This document shows positions 44,301 through 54,170 of a DNA stretch of 64,000 nt, in pieces. Made by a program: the position numbers and the translations under genes. The notes under the pieces were generated by a model. That model was not told where the DNA came from and searched no databases. It worked only from the letters and a program-made list of their open reading frames with translations. This DNA comes from Chiloscyllium plagiosum (Eukaryota): contig NC_057750.1 of NCBI RefSeq assembly GCF_004010195.1, positions 3,773,450 through 3,837,449 on the forward strand, read 5' to 3'. Each line of letters begins with the position of its first letter. The stretch's first letter is position 1.

Positions 44301-46213
44301 TCATCAGGCAGATCTCAAGGTCACAATTCTACAGGGAACGTTTAGCTAGATCAGGAGCTATAACTGGTCAAGAGTACATAGCTACAGGTGGGATGGCATA
44401 ATGCCCCAGTTCCTGGTGCGGCTAAACCACAACCCATGGTTCAAAAGGTCACATCTTCCTACAGTATCTCTAGCATGCCTACTTTCTTTGTAAAGTATCC
44501 TCAGGTTTAGATTATTCACCATATGGTTTACACAAAATAAAGTCTGACTACTGCAAAAAGTGCAGACAAGACATCTCAGAAGCACTGAAATTTGTGCACC
44601 AGGATCCTGACCCAAAACTAGTGTTAGAACTGCACAGTGCAGCATCTACCTAATGGGAATCAGTGAAACTCTGCTGTATTTGACTTCAAATTCTACAAAT
44701 AGAATATAAAAATATAGACCAAATTTCATTATAAAAGCTAATGGATAAGGAATGATTCATTATACTTCAGTAGCAATTCTATGATAGCGAAATGCTTCAG
44801 AAACACACTGAAGTCATGACAAATAGTGTTTATAGAGGTGAAGGTTTTCTGTCCCTTTTCCATGAAATATCCATGCGCTGTACCTGTCACAAAAGCAACC
44901 ACTTAACATGGTTGGTCAAGCAATGGAATGGTGCCAACAAAAACAAGACCGAATTATCTACATGGTTGCCCCGGACAGATTGTTTACTTGGTACATTTGG
45001 GATGAGAGTTGACACAAAGTCAACAGAGGAGGATCTGGTTGCAAAATGAAATTTATCAGAATGTTTTAAGGCTTATGTCGTCAGTTCTCAAACTGGATAC
45101 AATGCATCAACTTTAGTGGAATTCACACTAGGCTACATCATTCAAATACACCAAACTTGGCAAAGTATCTCTCTTCAGTTCCTCAGGAGCTGAATCGACA
45201 AGCATATTCTGAGCACAGAACACCTGCCTGGGTAAGATCAGTTTGTATGTAATATTTCTGCCATGCAAAGTTCATTTGTAACATGAATGCTGCCGGTTAC
45301 CCCTCCACGAGATTCAGTTCATCACGCCTACCACCACTTACCTGAAACAGCCATTTAAGTGTGGTTGCAAATGAAACAGCATAGAATCCATGGTGTGGAA
45401 ACAGGCTATTCAGCCCAACAAGTCCACACCAACCCTCTGAAGAGCATTCCAACCAGATCCCTATGCTATGTCTGTAACCCTGCATTTCCTGTGGCCAACG
45501 CACCTAACTTACACATCCCTGAACATTATGGGCAATTTAGCATGGCCAATCCAACTAACTTGCACGTGACTGCAGAAGGAAGCGGTAGCACCCTGGGAAA
45601 CCCATGGACATGGAGAGAACGTGCAAACTTCCCACAGTCAATTATTTGAGAAGAAACAATAAGATAAGGCTAAAACATCATCTCCATCACAATGAAATTA
45701 AGTAACTGAAACCTCCCACCTACTTGTAAAATCACCTTGATATATTAAAGAATAATATCTACTAATGAACAACTGTTTTAATATGGTAGAAGAGAGTCTA
45801 CTTCAGCAGTTTCCTCAAATGAAAATTTTCGATCTCAGTCAGGCTGTCACCATGCATAATTATCCAAATCAGGAAAGAACATTAAAACAATATGAAATTA
45901 GAGGTTACATCCATATAAGGACAGCAAGATGTTTCTCAGATATTACAGGGAACTTTCAATTTCAAAATTTAAACACATCACTGGTAACAATTTTAAAAAG
46001 TGATCCCACATTTTATTAAAAACTATTTTAAAACATCAAGTCACAGGATAAAATCCAGGAATCTGCAACAAGTGGCAGCATACTCACCACAAACCCAAAG
46101 CCTCTCTTCAGGTCAATTTCACGGATACGTCCATAACCTTTGAAGAACTTTTCCACATCACGTTCTCTCACCTGAGGACTCAGGCGACCAATAAACACAC
46201 GGCAACCGTTCAT
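32026..46213 (-). CDS. SRSF5: SRSF5-like (srsf5a-type) serine/arginine-rich splicing factor, complement join(46088..46213,42093..42163,39660..39764,36996..37065,34243..34316,33112..33222,32026..32323), 284 aa
   Basis: RRM1 (GCRVFIGRL...[21 protein letters not shown]), pseudo-RRM with SWQDLKD, and a C-terminal RS domain. All introns GT..AG; 855 nt in frame; exon layout matches SRSF5. Confidence 0.92.
33112..33222 (-). CDS. SRSF5: SRSF5-like exon 7 ([37 protein letters not shown])
   Basis: cctaacag| ... AG|gtattc; 111 nt. Confidence 0.93.
34243..34316 (-). CDS. SRSF5: SRSF5-like exon 6 ([25 protein letters not shown])
   Basis: tttgtag| ... GG|gtaaga; 74 nt. Confidence 0.93.
35281..35654 (-). 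other. Candidate poison (NMD) exon / regulatory element in SRSF5-like intron 5
   Basis: CpG-rich non-repeat block; acceptor tttgtttagcag|, in-frame TGA at 35627-35625, donor AGG|gtattg at 35280; same intron as SRSF5 unproductive splicing. Confidence 0.6.
36996..37065 (-). CDS. SRSF5: SRSF5-like exon 5 ([23 protein letters not shown])
   Basis: ttttcag| ... CAG|gtgggt; 70 nt. Confidence 0.93.
37695..38530 (+). mobile_element. Highly degraded CR1-type LINE RT fragment
   Basis: VDEANAVDV...K.FD.V-like residues; LEKLG..S..R.RDLTEVF remnant. Confidence 0.6.
38548..38629. repeat. Perfect 41-bp tandem duplication
   Basis: cttgttgggctacagggtaagagaaccattgttactcttgc x2. Confidence 0.9.
38635..38842. 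mobile_element. Fold-back Penelope-type insertion (family A), 15-bp TSD
   Basis: Inverted arms about 38670-38749 and 38758-38840; TSD ttactcttgcaagag at 38620-38634 and 38843-38857. Confidence 0.8.
38750..38783 (+). ncRNA. Minimal hammerhead motif (family A), CpG-decayed stem III
   Basis: UC-CUGAAGA-A-GGGC ucau GCCC-GAAA-UGUU-GA. Confidence 0.5.
39660..39764 (-). CDS. SRSF5: SRSF5-like exon 4 ([35 protein letters not shown])
   Basis: ctctag| ... AG|gtaaat; end of RRM1 plus RG-rich linker. Confidence 0.9.
39880..41350 (-). mobile_element. Degraded LINE (L2/CR1-clade) RT and 3' fragment; related pieces at about 720-1520, 6150-6700, 26320-26600, 63780-64000
   Basis: NYxPI.LL (41099..41353 -) and GVPQGSVLG-like remnant; shared 3' motif cccttgagaa...ggtgagctgccttcttgaac. 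Confidence 0.55.
42093..42163 (-). CDS. SRSF5: SRSF5-like exon 3 ([24 protein letters not shown])
   Basis: tgtttag| ... AG|gtaggt; 71 nt. Confidence 0.93.
45380..45640 (-). mobile_element. HE1/V-SINE-type SINE, head missing
   Basis: Core and tail motifs. Confidence 0.75.
46088..46213 (-). CDS. SRSF5: SRSF5-like first coding exon ([42 protein letters not shown]); exon starts at 46234
   Basis: Acceptor tttcag| at 46236-46235, ATG at 46213, donor GTG|gtgagt. Confidence 0.95.
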
Positions 46214-47787
46214 TTTGTAATGATTTTATACAGCCTGAAAGAATATTGTAATAATGTTGCACTGTTAAAACCAGAATCTCAGACTTGCTGTAAAAGCTTA
46301 CCAGTTACAAGTAAGGCAGTATATGACCACTAGCTGAAAGAGACACTACAGTTCAATAGATGAAGTGCAAATAACTTGTAATCAACTCAAGGTCAGGTTG
46401 GCAACTTGCCCAATTGCAATTCCACAGTACTTAACAGAGAACATAGAGCAAACCTCAACTGCTCCATCTTTATTATGTTAAGTAGAAATTCATATAAACA
46501 GACCTGCACATTGAATAACTACAATTAAAATTTACTAATCTTCAGACGACAAGCTGTTAACCTAAAGGAATTGCCAGCACTAAAGTTAGAGAAAGCAAGG
46601 CAGCATATTCACACAAGGAGGATCTTGAGAAGTTGGAAACAATTAGCGACTGCTCTGGATGCCAGATTACACATAAGCAAAACAATGAAAGATTGGTCAG
46701 TTATTGAGCGTAAACACTAACGTATGTTCTAGGCACTGAACTGGTTCAGTGATTTGAATTATAAATCAAGGATCATTATTTCCTTGTTGCAGCTTTCAAA
46801 CCATTATCAAATTCAACATCTGACCCCATAAACTGCATACATTAGTTAAGCAAAGTTTAACTCCTATTGCAAACATCTAATGTGATTAAGAGGTAGCCTC
46901 ATAGCATATCAACCTTCAGACTCCACTTTTTAAAAAAAATACTTGCAGCTGGTAGGGATTTTAAAATGGTATTTGCATATTGACTTTGCAACCTTTAGCA
47001 CAAAGTGCACACTCTGTTGTACCTTGGCGTCCATCTTGCTTCAAGACGTTAAAAGCGACATTAATATACAACGCCAGCTTTTCCAGGCTTCCCAAGGTAA
47101 GGAACGTACAAGTTAAATTATAAACACGCCTTCTAAAGAACTTCGAGATAATGCTTCAATAGTTTGAGGCGGAAAATTCTGTAATTCTAAATCACTACCA
47201 ACATCTGCATTTCTCCTTGTATGCGATATTTAAAAAATTCTACTGCCCCATTAATCTTGTGATTATCTGACATTTGTATCATCTTGTTATCTCTGCTACC
47301 AGCAGAAACAATTTATCGCTATTTAACTCAATAGAGAAAGCTCGCTCGTTAACAAAAAAAAACGTCTCGGTATAATGCTGAAGAATATTATTTCCAGCTA
47401 GAAAAGGTTTAGTTTGTTTTTCACATAAAATCGCGCACCAACCGAACCGAGTTTACTAAAAATACAACGACGCCATCAGTCACCAGTAACCGCGAGGGTG
47501 TTTTTTCAAAAAACAACAAGGCAGCGCCACAATCAGAATCTAAACCAGATTTGAAAAATTCGACACCGTTAATGCCCCGATTAATCAAATGCCCTGAAGA
47601 TAAAGTATTTTACATCTGATCAAGTTCTCGGTCGGTGCGGATAGGGGAAAAAAAAACGCCATGTGGGGTGGGGGGTGGGGAGCTCGTGCCGAAAGAGAAG
47701 GTTCCAGAAAGGAAAACAGTTAAATGATGAAACAGTGCAGCCAGAGGCGAATCGCCCTGCCCGCCCCTCCCCCACCACGAGGCCTAC

Positions 47788-48208
47788 CTCCAGCCGCCGC
47801 CTCTCGGCACCAACTCGAGCAGCGGCAGCGACGCCCCGGAGCCGCGCCCCGACACGACGCGAACCCACCCAACCCCCCGAAAAAAAAAAGCCAGCCGCGA
47901 CTCCCTCCGCTCACTCGCTGCCTCGCCGGGTGGTTCTCGGGATGGCTCTGCCGCCCTTCAGACTCTCGGCACTCGGTGATTTTTCTCTCTCACTCTCCTC
48001 TACCTCCTCCTCCGCCGCCGTCGACGCCGCTTCTTCTCCTCCTTCAGTCACTTGACGCCAACGTCACTGCAGTGAAACGGGGCTTCCCGTGCTCGTCTCT
48101 CGCTCTCCTCTACCTCCTCCTCCGCCGCCGTCGACGCCGCCGCTTCTTCTCCTCCTTCAGTCACTTGACGCCAACGTCACTGCAGTGAAACGGGGCTTCC
48201 CGTGCTCG
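47788..48208 (-). other. SRSF5: Candidate non-coding exon 1 (5' UTR) of the SRSF5-like gene; upstream boundary (TSS) uncertain
   Basis: Donor GAG|gtaggc at 47787 inside the CpG island; the start-codon exon has its own acceptor, so an upstream exon is required. Confidence 0.6.
47986..48208. repeat. Tandem duplication, 110 + 113 bp
   Basis: 47986-48095 and 48096-48208 differ by one substitution and one CGC indel. Confidence 0.9.
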
Positions 48209-48366
48209 GCTGCAGGGGCGGCGTTGTGACGTCAAGGATATGTTTCCCCACCTCCGCTGTCAATCACAAGCTTCACCCCGCCCCCTCCCTCGTTACTGTC
48301 GATCAACACACTGGATGTGCCAGGCCCAATCATTCCCCTCACTGCCTCAACCTAAAAACATGGAAA

Positions 48367-48466
48367 AAATAAGCACTACCGCACTTAGGTGGTAGTGTGG
48401 GGGTTAAAATAAAAAGGAAAAAAAAAAGAAAAAAAGAGAAAAAAAAGAAAAAAAAAGAAAAAAAAG
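48367..48466 (+). mobile_element. 5'-truncated poly(A) retroposon tail (L1/Tx1-type TPRT) with 13-bp TSD
   Basis: Stem-loop cactacc..ggtagtg, AATAAA at 48408-48413, about 55-nt A-rich tail; TSD aaaaacatggaaa at 48354-48366 and 48467-48479. Confidence 0.65.
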
Positions 48467-48955
48467 AAAAACATGGAAATTAGGAACAGGATAACTCCAT
48501 TCGGCCCTCGAGATTACTCTGCCATTCAGTCTGCTCATCCAACTCAAGACTGCTGCTTTATCCTCATTTTTGATCCCTTCAGCTCCAACTACTATATCCA
48601 ACTCCCTTTTGAAATCATTCAATGTTTTAGCATTGACCACTTTCTGTGGTAACAAATTCCACAGCCTCACCACTATCTGCGTGAAGACATTTCTCCTTAT
48701 CTGAGTCCAAAATGTTTTTTCTTATATCATTTGTAACTCATGGCTCTAGACTCCCCTATCATTAGAAACATCCTTCTTGCATTTAACCTGTCTGGTCCAG
48801 TTAGAATTTGGTTGGTTACCTTCACTCTTCTGAACTTCAACAAAAATAATCCTAACCGATTCAACCTTCCTTCATACTTTAGTCCTGCCAACCCAGGAAT
48901 CATTCTGGTAAACCTTCGCTGCACCCCCTCTATTGCAAGAACGTCTTTCCTGTCA
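48467..48955 (-). mobile_element. CR1-type LINE 3' fragment
   Basis: QRRFTRMIPGLAGLKYEGRLNRLGLF (48727..48924 -). Confidence 0.8.
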
Positions 48956-49888
48956 TCTTGGGAAGTTGTAATGGTTCAGTTCTCTAATGGGTGCTACATT
49001 AGACAACAAATATTCATCTAATCCACCATATCCAATAATCTTTTAAGATTCTGGATAGCCTTGGGGTTGGGTAATTTGGTATGCCTTTAATCTTCTGGCA
49101 TTATTCCTGCAGTTTGACAATGTGTCCCAAGAAACAAACGGAATCTTTAGACAATTCACACTAACCTTTAAGTATGGGCTGTTCCTATTGTAGACACTTT
49201 AAATTTGCATGCCCTCACTAATCATGCTCTTCAATAACTTCCCCATTGATTTTTGTATCATCCATGTGGCATGTGACTCTGTGAAGATCTCGTAAAATGT
49301 TTGACCTTAGTCTTTGGAAAATCATTGGTGCAATGCAATTCCAAATGAAAATTTGTTAAAACAAAATCTTTCAAGTGGAGTTATAATTGTGATTATGAAC
49401 CTTGATTGCCAATCCAATGGCACTTGTGAAAAGCATTGAGTTCTGTGAAAAACCTGTTCTTGGCAACTGTGGACGAAGGATGAATTTCTTTTGTTACTGT
49501 CTTGTTGTATAAATTCAACACAGTTACAAATAGAACCATTAGACTTGGGTCTGCAAACCATACCTGAACACCACTTTGCTGGATTCCTGAGTAGAGAAAT
49601 AACATTCTTATACAGCTTCTAGTGTTTTAATCTAGATCTCATTCAAAAGGTAGAAAAGCTCAAGAAACAAAAGCTAAAAGAATTCTTTTGTGAAAAGGAG
49701 TATCCAAATTTATTCTAAAAGTTCAGAAAGTCAAAATGTGAATACAGCATTGAACTTAGAAAGAATGCTAAACCTTTCTGCAATTCTACTCATGGCAAGA
49801 TGCAGCACTCCTTCCCATATTACTTTTCTACTCTGGAATGAGAATTCCTGGTTGTGAAATACATGCGATCCTATTATCTGATGTCCCA

Positions 49889-50746
49889 TGTTGTGACAAT
49901 TCTATGGCTTTCACAGGCTTATTTTGTCCTGGTTTATATTTGTTAAGAAAGGATGACCGATTGTTCTGTTCATAGGCAAAAGTGAGGACTGCAGATGCTG
50001 GAAATCAGAGTTTAGATTAGAGTGGTGCTGGAAAAGCACAGCAGGTCAGGCAGCATCCGAGGAGCAGGAAAATCGACATTTCGGGCAAAAGCCCTTCAAC
50101 AGGACTGTGCCCATAAAGTAAACAGCTTGTGAGGCCTTGGGTTTTTCTTTAAGTTGGAACACTAGAAGCAGGAGAGTGAGGACTGCAGATGCTGGAGAGT
50201 CAGAGTCGAAAAGTGTGGCACTGGAAAAGCACAGCAGGTCAAGCAGCATCCGAGAAGCTGGATGGGATCAAATTCCCACAGGACCAGGATTTTTAGTTTT
50301 AGATTTTCAGTAGCAGTTGCTGCTGGGGTCTTGAAGCTGAGGTTGGAAGCTGTTTTTTTCTGTCTGTTACAGCTAAAAGCTGGGATTCTTTTCCCGCTGT
50401 TAAAATTGAATGTGCAACGATCTATTTTAATGAATTTGCCTTTACCAAGGGTGTGTTTATGGGATGTAACTATAATGGAACAGTTAATGTTTATAGTTAA
50501 GTAATCTATTGTTCTATTAGGTTTTCCAATAGAGTAAAGTTGTTATTCCAATTTCTTTTTTTGTATTTTCTTTATATTAAGTATTGTGTATGAATCAAGT
50601 GTAGATGTTTTGCTTCAAGTCTCGTAGTTTGACCAATTGGATTGCATCCAGAATGCAATGCCTGGCACTTACCTTTAAAATAAGAAAAAGTTAGATTTTA
50701 GGCTATCTTCTTAAAATTTTGAGGGGTTTTGGATTGGTCCATAACA
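49889..50746 (+). mobile_element. Probable solo LTR related to 9455..10069 (5' boundary uncertain)
   Basis: 3' end ...cttaaaattttgaggggttttggattggtccataaca resembles ...cttaagaatgttttaaatggtctggcttagtccataaca; no TSD verified. Confidence 0.45.
49973..50253 (-). mobile_element. Two short family-A Penelope-type terminal-repeat insertions (about 49973-50103 and 50170-50253)
   Basis: Both begin agtgaggactgcagatgctgg...; the first ends at the hammerhead-like motif. Confidence 0.65.
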
Positions 50747-53700
50747 GTATATTGTAAAATTGTTTATATTATACTTTTTAATGTTGGTGTGATCGCTCTG
50801 GACCATGTACCTGAGTTTCTGTAAACTGTAACCAGCGTTTTGCCAAGTATGACTCTCAATTTAATAATACTGCAACACGTCCTCCTACATCTAACTTGAA
50901 AATCAAGAGACCCCTGTTGTTGTGATTATCTGTGTGCCAAATTATTTAATCTAGGTCACTGATTTCCCTGAGGAAATTTTGGGTTTATCTTTTACAGAAG
51001 ATTGTTCAGCCTTTTGCTTTTTTGCGGCTGTGTCCTGCAATGACACATTTTCTGAAAGTTACCTTTTTGTTTTACAATGAAAACATCTGGATTTTAAAGC
51101 TGGACATTATTTATGCTTGTGAGGTTTCTTTACTGCACAACATTGGCAAAGACTTTGGTGTCCTCTCTGTTGCATTGATTTACCTGCTGTGTATTTTGTC
51201 ATTTTGTACCTTAAGCTATAAATAGATTTTGCACTAAGTTTATCTTCTGCCCTGAGGATTAGGTTGTTTCACTTTAAGTCATTTGCTTCATCACCATCTG
51301 AATGGCTTTCTCTTGAGTTAAGTCTTCTTTAGACAGTCATAAGTTTGACAAAGACTCATTAGCAGGTCTGGCAAGAACTGTGGAGAGAGAGAATCAGAAT
51401 TAATGTTTCAAGTCTTACATCATTTTTGTTAGAAGAAATAAGCACAGCTATTATCAGAATTCGATTTAATTTGCTAGCTAAAACTTAAGGAGATAACTTT
51501 AAGGCTTTCTTGAGTGAAAGAGAAAAGAATTCATTGCTTGTTAACCACAAGGATAAGAAAACATGACACCAAACACACAAAAACAGGTATAAGGAATAAA
51601 AAGGGGGAAGTGTCTCACATAAAGAGGAAGATAAAAGAATATATTCTTTGAAAGTCCTTAAGGTAGTAGATTTAATCTGAGACCATGGGTAAGAAAGTAG
51701 GAGCAGGCCATTCAGCTCTTTCATTTTAGATCAACTACCTCAAAGCCATAATGTTGTGCCAATCCCACATCCTGTAATTTCATTAGTAACTGGAAATCTA
51801 TTGAGCTCTATCTTCAAGTTATGTATGGGTCTCTGAAGTAGACAATTACAAAGATTCACCACCCTTAGAATGAAAAGATTCCTCCTCATCCCATTCCTAA
51901 ATAACCCACTCCTTATTCTGAGACTGACTCTTCTTACTTTAGACCTAACAGCTATGGGAAGCAGACTTTCCACCGTTATTCTGTCTATCTATATAAGACT
52001 TTTCTTTAAACTTGTAAATATATTTGAATTCTCAGTGAATAGGTACTTCTCCAATTTATTTTTCATTGGATGTTGTCTTCTGAAATGCTGAAAGAAAAGC
52101 AGGAAGCAAGGGAGACTTCTAGTTTTGCTATTATAAATTCATTTTATATTCTCTAACTGTTAAAAAATAGTTATAGAGTCATAGAATCATACAACATAGA
52201 AACAGATCCTTCAGACCAACCAGTCCATGCTGAATATTATCTCAAACTACACTGGCCCATATTCCTGCAACCCTTTCCTATTCACATAGTTATCCAAGTT
52301 AAATGTTATAACTGTGCCTGCATCCACCACTTCCTCAGATGTTCATTCCACGTAAACCACCCTCTGTATAAAAAAAAGTCCCAAATATCTTTTTAAAATT
52401 TATCTCCTCTCACCTTAAAAATATGCACACTAGTCTTGAAATCCTCTACCCTAGGGGAATCCTATTATCTCAAGATCACCCTATCTCTACCCATCATGAT
52501 TTTATGAACTCCTATATCCAGTTGCCTGAAATAAACTTCATTTGTGTATTTCTGTGTCTGCCTTAATTGTTGCTGCATAATCTGCAAGCAACTTTCATCT
52601 CAATTATGTGAAACCTGTCCAGAAATATGGCACAGATTTGAGTTTCAATGCCTTTTTATAATAATGTCAATTTTGGTTCAGACTGATTACTGTTTATTGA
52701 TGGTTTTGTGAGCTGGCTCAATCTGTAGTCAGGTGATTATAGTAGCAGTATTAGTTCATTGGTCTTCCTTGTTTAAAATCATTTTAGTCCATCACATTTC
52801 ACACATTTTAAAAATCAAGTGCTGGAATTTGAAAATTGATAGTTCATTGTTTACTATCACAACAGTTAAGTTAGACAAGTTGTTTCTGCTCTACTATACT
52901 TGTAGAAAAGATGGGTTGTTTAGCTCAGTTGGCTGGACAGCTGGTTTGCAATGACACCAACAGCATGGGTTAAATTCCCACTGTGGCAAATAAATGCAAA
53001 AGCTATAGAGTAGTTATAATTGAGGACTTTAAATATCTTAATATACATTGTCACCATACTTTGGAAATGGTGTGAAGAGATTAGAGAAGATATTGAAAAT
53101 ACTTAAAATGGTTCTGGTGATGGCACACTTCAGAAATGAGAATTGATTAGAGAAACAAGCCCCATTAGAGACAGAAGGTTGAGAGGAGCATCAAAATAAT
53201 GAGATATCCAGAGTAGATAAGGACAAATTGTTTCCGTTAGCAGAAGGCTTGAGTACCAGAAGATACAATTCAAGGTAAATGGCAACAGATCAAATTGACA
53301 TGAGAAAAAATATTTTCTATACAGTAAATGGTTTGTACTATCTGAGACCATGGTAAGGGCAGTTTTCAAAAGAGTATCAAATAATTATTTGAAAATAAAT
53401 ATCCAATCAGGGCTACAGTGAAAAAACAAGGACATTGGATCAATTGTGGTGAACCAATGTGGACCTAGTGAACTAAATTGCTTTCCTTGGGGCTATACGT
53501 AACTATTCTATGCTTCAAATTGTCAAACTATACAAATGTTTCTCATTAAAACAAAGTAAAAATACAGTAGATGCTGGAGCTCTGAAACAATAATAAAAAA
53601 AACTAGAGAAACCTAACTGTTCTGGCAGCATCTGTGGAGAGAGAATACAGTTAATGTTTTGAGTCTAGAATTATTAAGTCTGCCACAGGCCTTGGGTGTG

Positions 53701-53969
53701 GAGGTTTGAGAAAAATGATCGTGCAGTTTGAGGTTATATTAACTTCACTGGAGCATACAACACCTCTTATTTCTCATAAAATAAAAAAATCTGCATCACA
53801 ACTGGTGAGCTCCAGCTATTTAAAACCAAAAAAAGGCTCATGTTAAACTCAAACGAAGCGAAATTATGTTTATTTCAAATAATTCACCCGTCAACTTAAT
53901 AATCCCTCATGAACCAACTATATTGTGAATTATTATGAAGAGCAGAGGTAATGTTTATTGTTTTACTGG

Positions 53970-54060
53970 GCTGTAGACAGGGCGGAACTTTAGACCCGTG
54001 ATTTCCCTGAAATCGGACCCTGTTTGAGGTCGGAACTGGTCCGTTCTGGTTTGTAAATGT
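53970..54060 (+). promoter_or_regulatory. Probable CCDC97 core promoter (weak CpG cluster, GC box GGGCGG 53980-53985, ETS-like CGGAA x2)
   Basis: Local CpG enrichment and motifs 80-160 nt upstream of the ATG. Confidence 0.45.
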
Positions 54061-54136
54061 TTGTGTTAAAATATCTCTCGACAAATACTCAACGTAAGAT
54101 AAAACATGGAGGTGACTGTGTGTAAAATGTAAAGCG

Positions 54137-54170
54137 ATGGATCGGGAAGACTTTTCGAAAAGGATGGAAG
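54137..54170 (+). CDS. CCDC97: CCDC97 coding exon 1 ([12 protein letters not shown])
   Basis: gcgATGg Kozak context; donor G|gtaaaa, phase 1, joins exon 2 in frame. Confidence 0.65.

Larger units (their letters stand above)
47400..48330 (-). promoter_or_regulatory. CpG-island promoter of the SRSF5-like gene: CRE TGACGTCA (48227-48234), PBX/PREP decamer TGATTGACAG (- strand, 48257-48266), GC box (48276-48285), CCAAT (48326-48330)
   Basis: High CpG and GC density against an AT-rich background; exact motif matches just upstream of exon 1. Confidence 0.75.

Noticed and set aside
47620-48188. Long overlapping ORFs (130-154 aa) in the CpG island
   Set aside because: Stop-poor GC-rich sequence plus the tandem duplication; low-complexity products with no recognisable domain.
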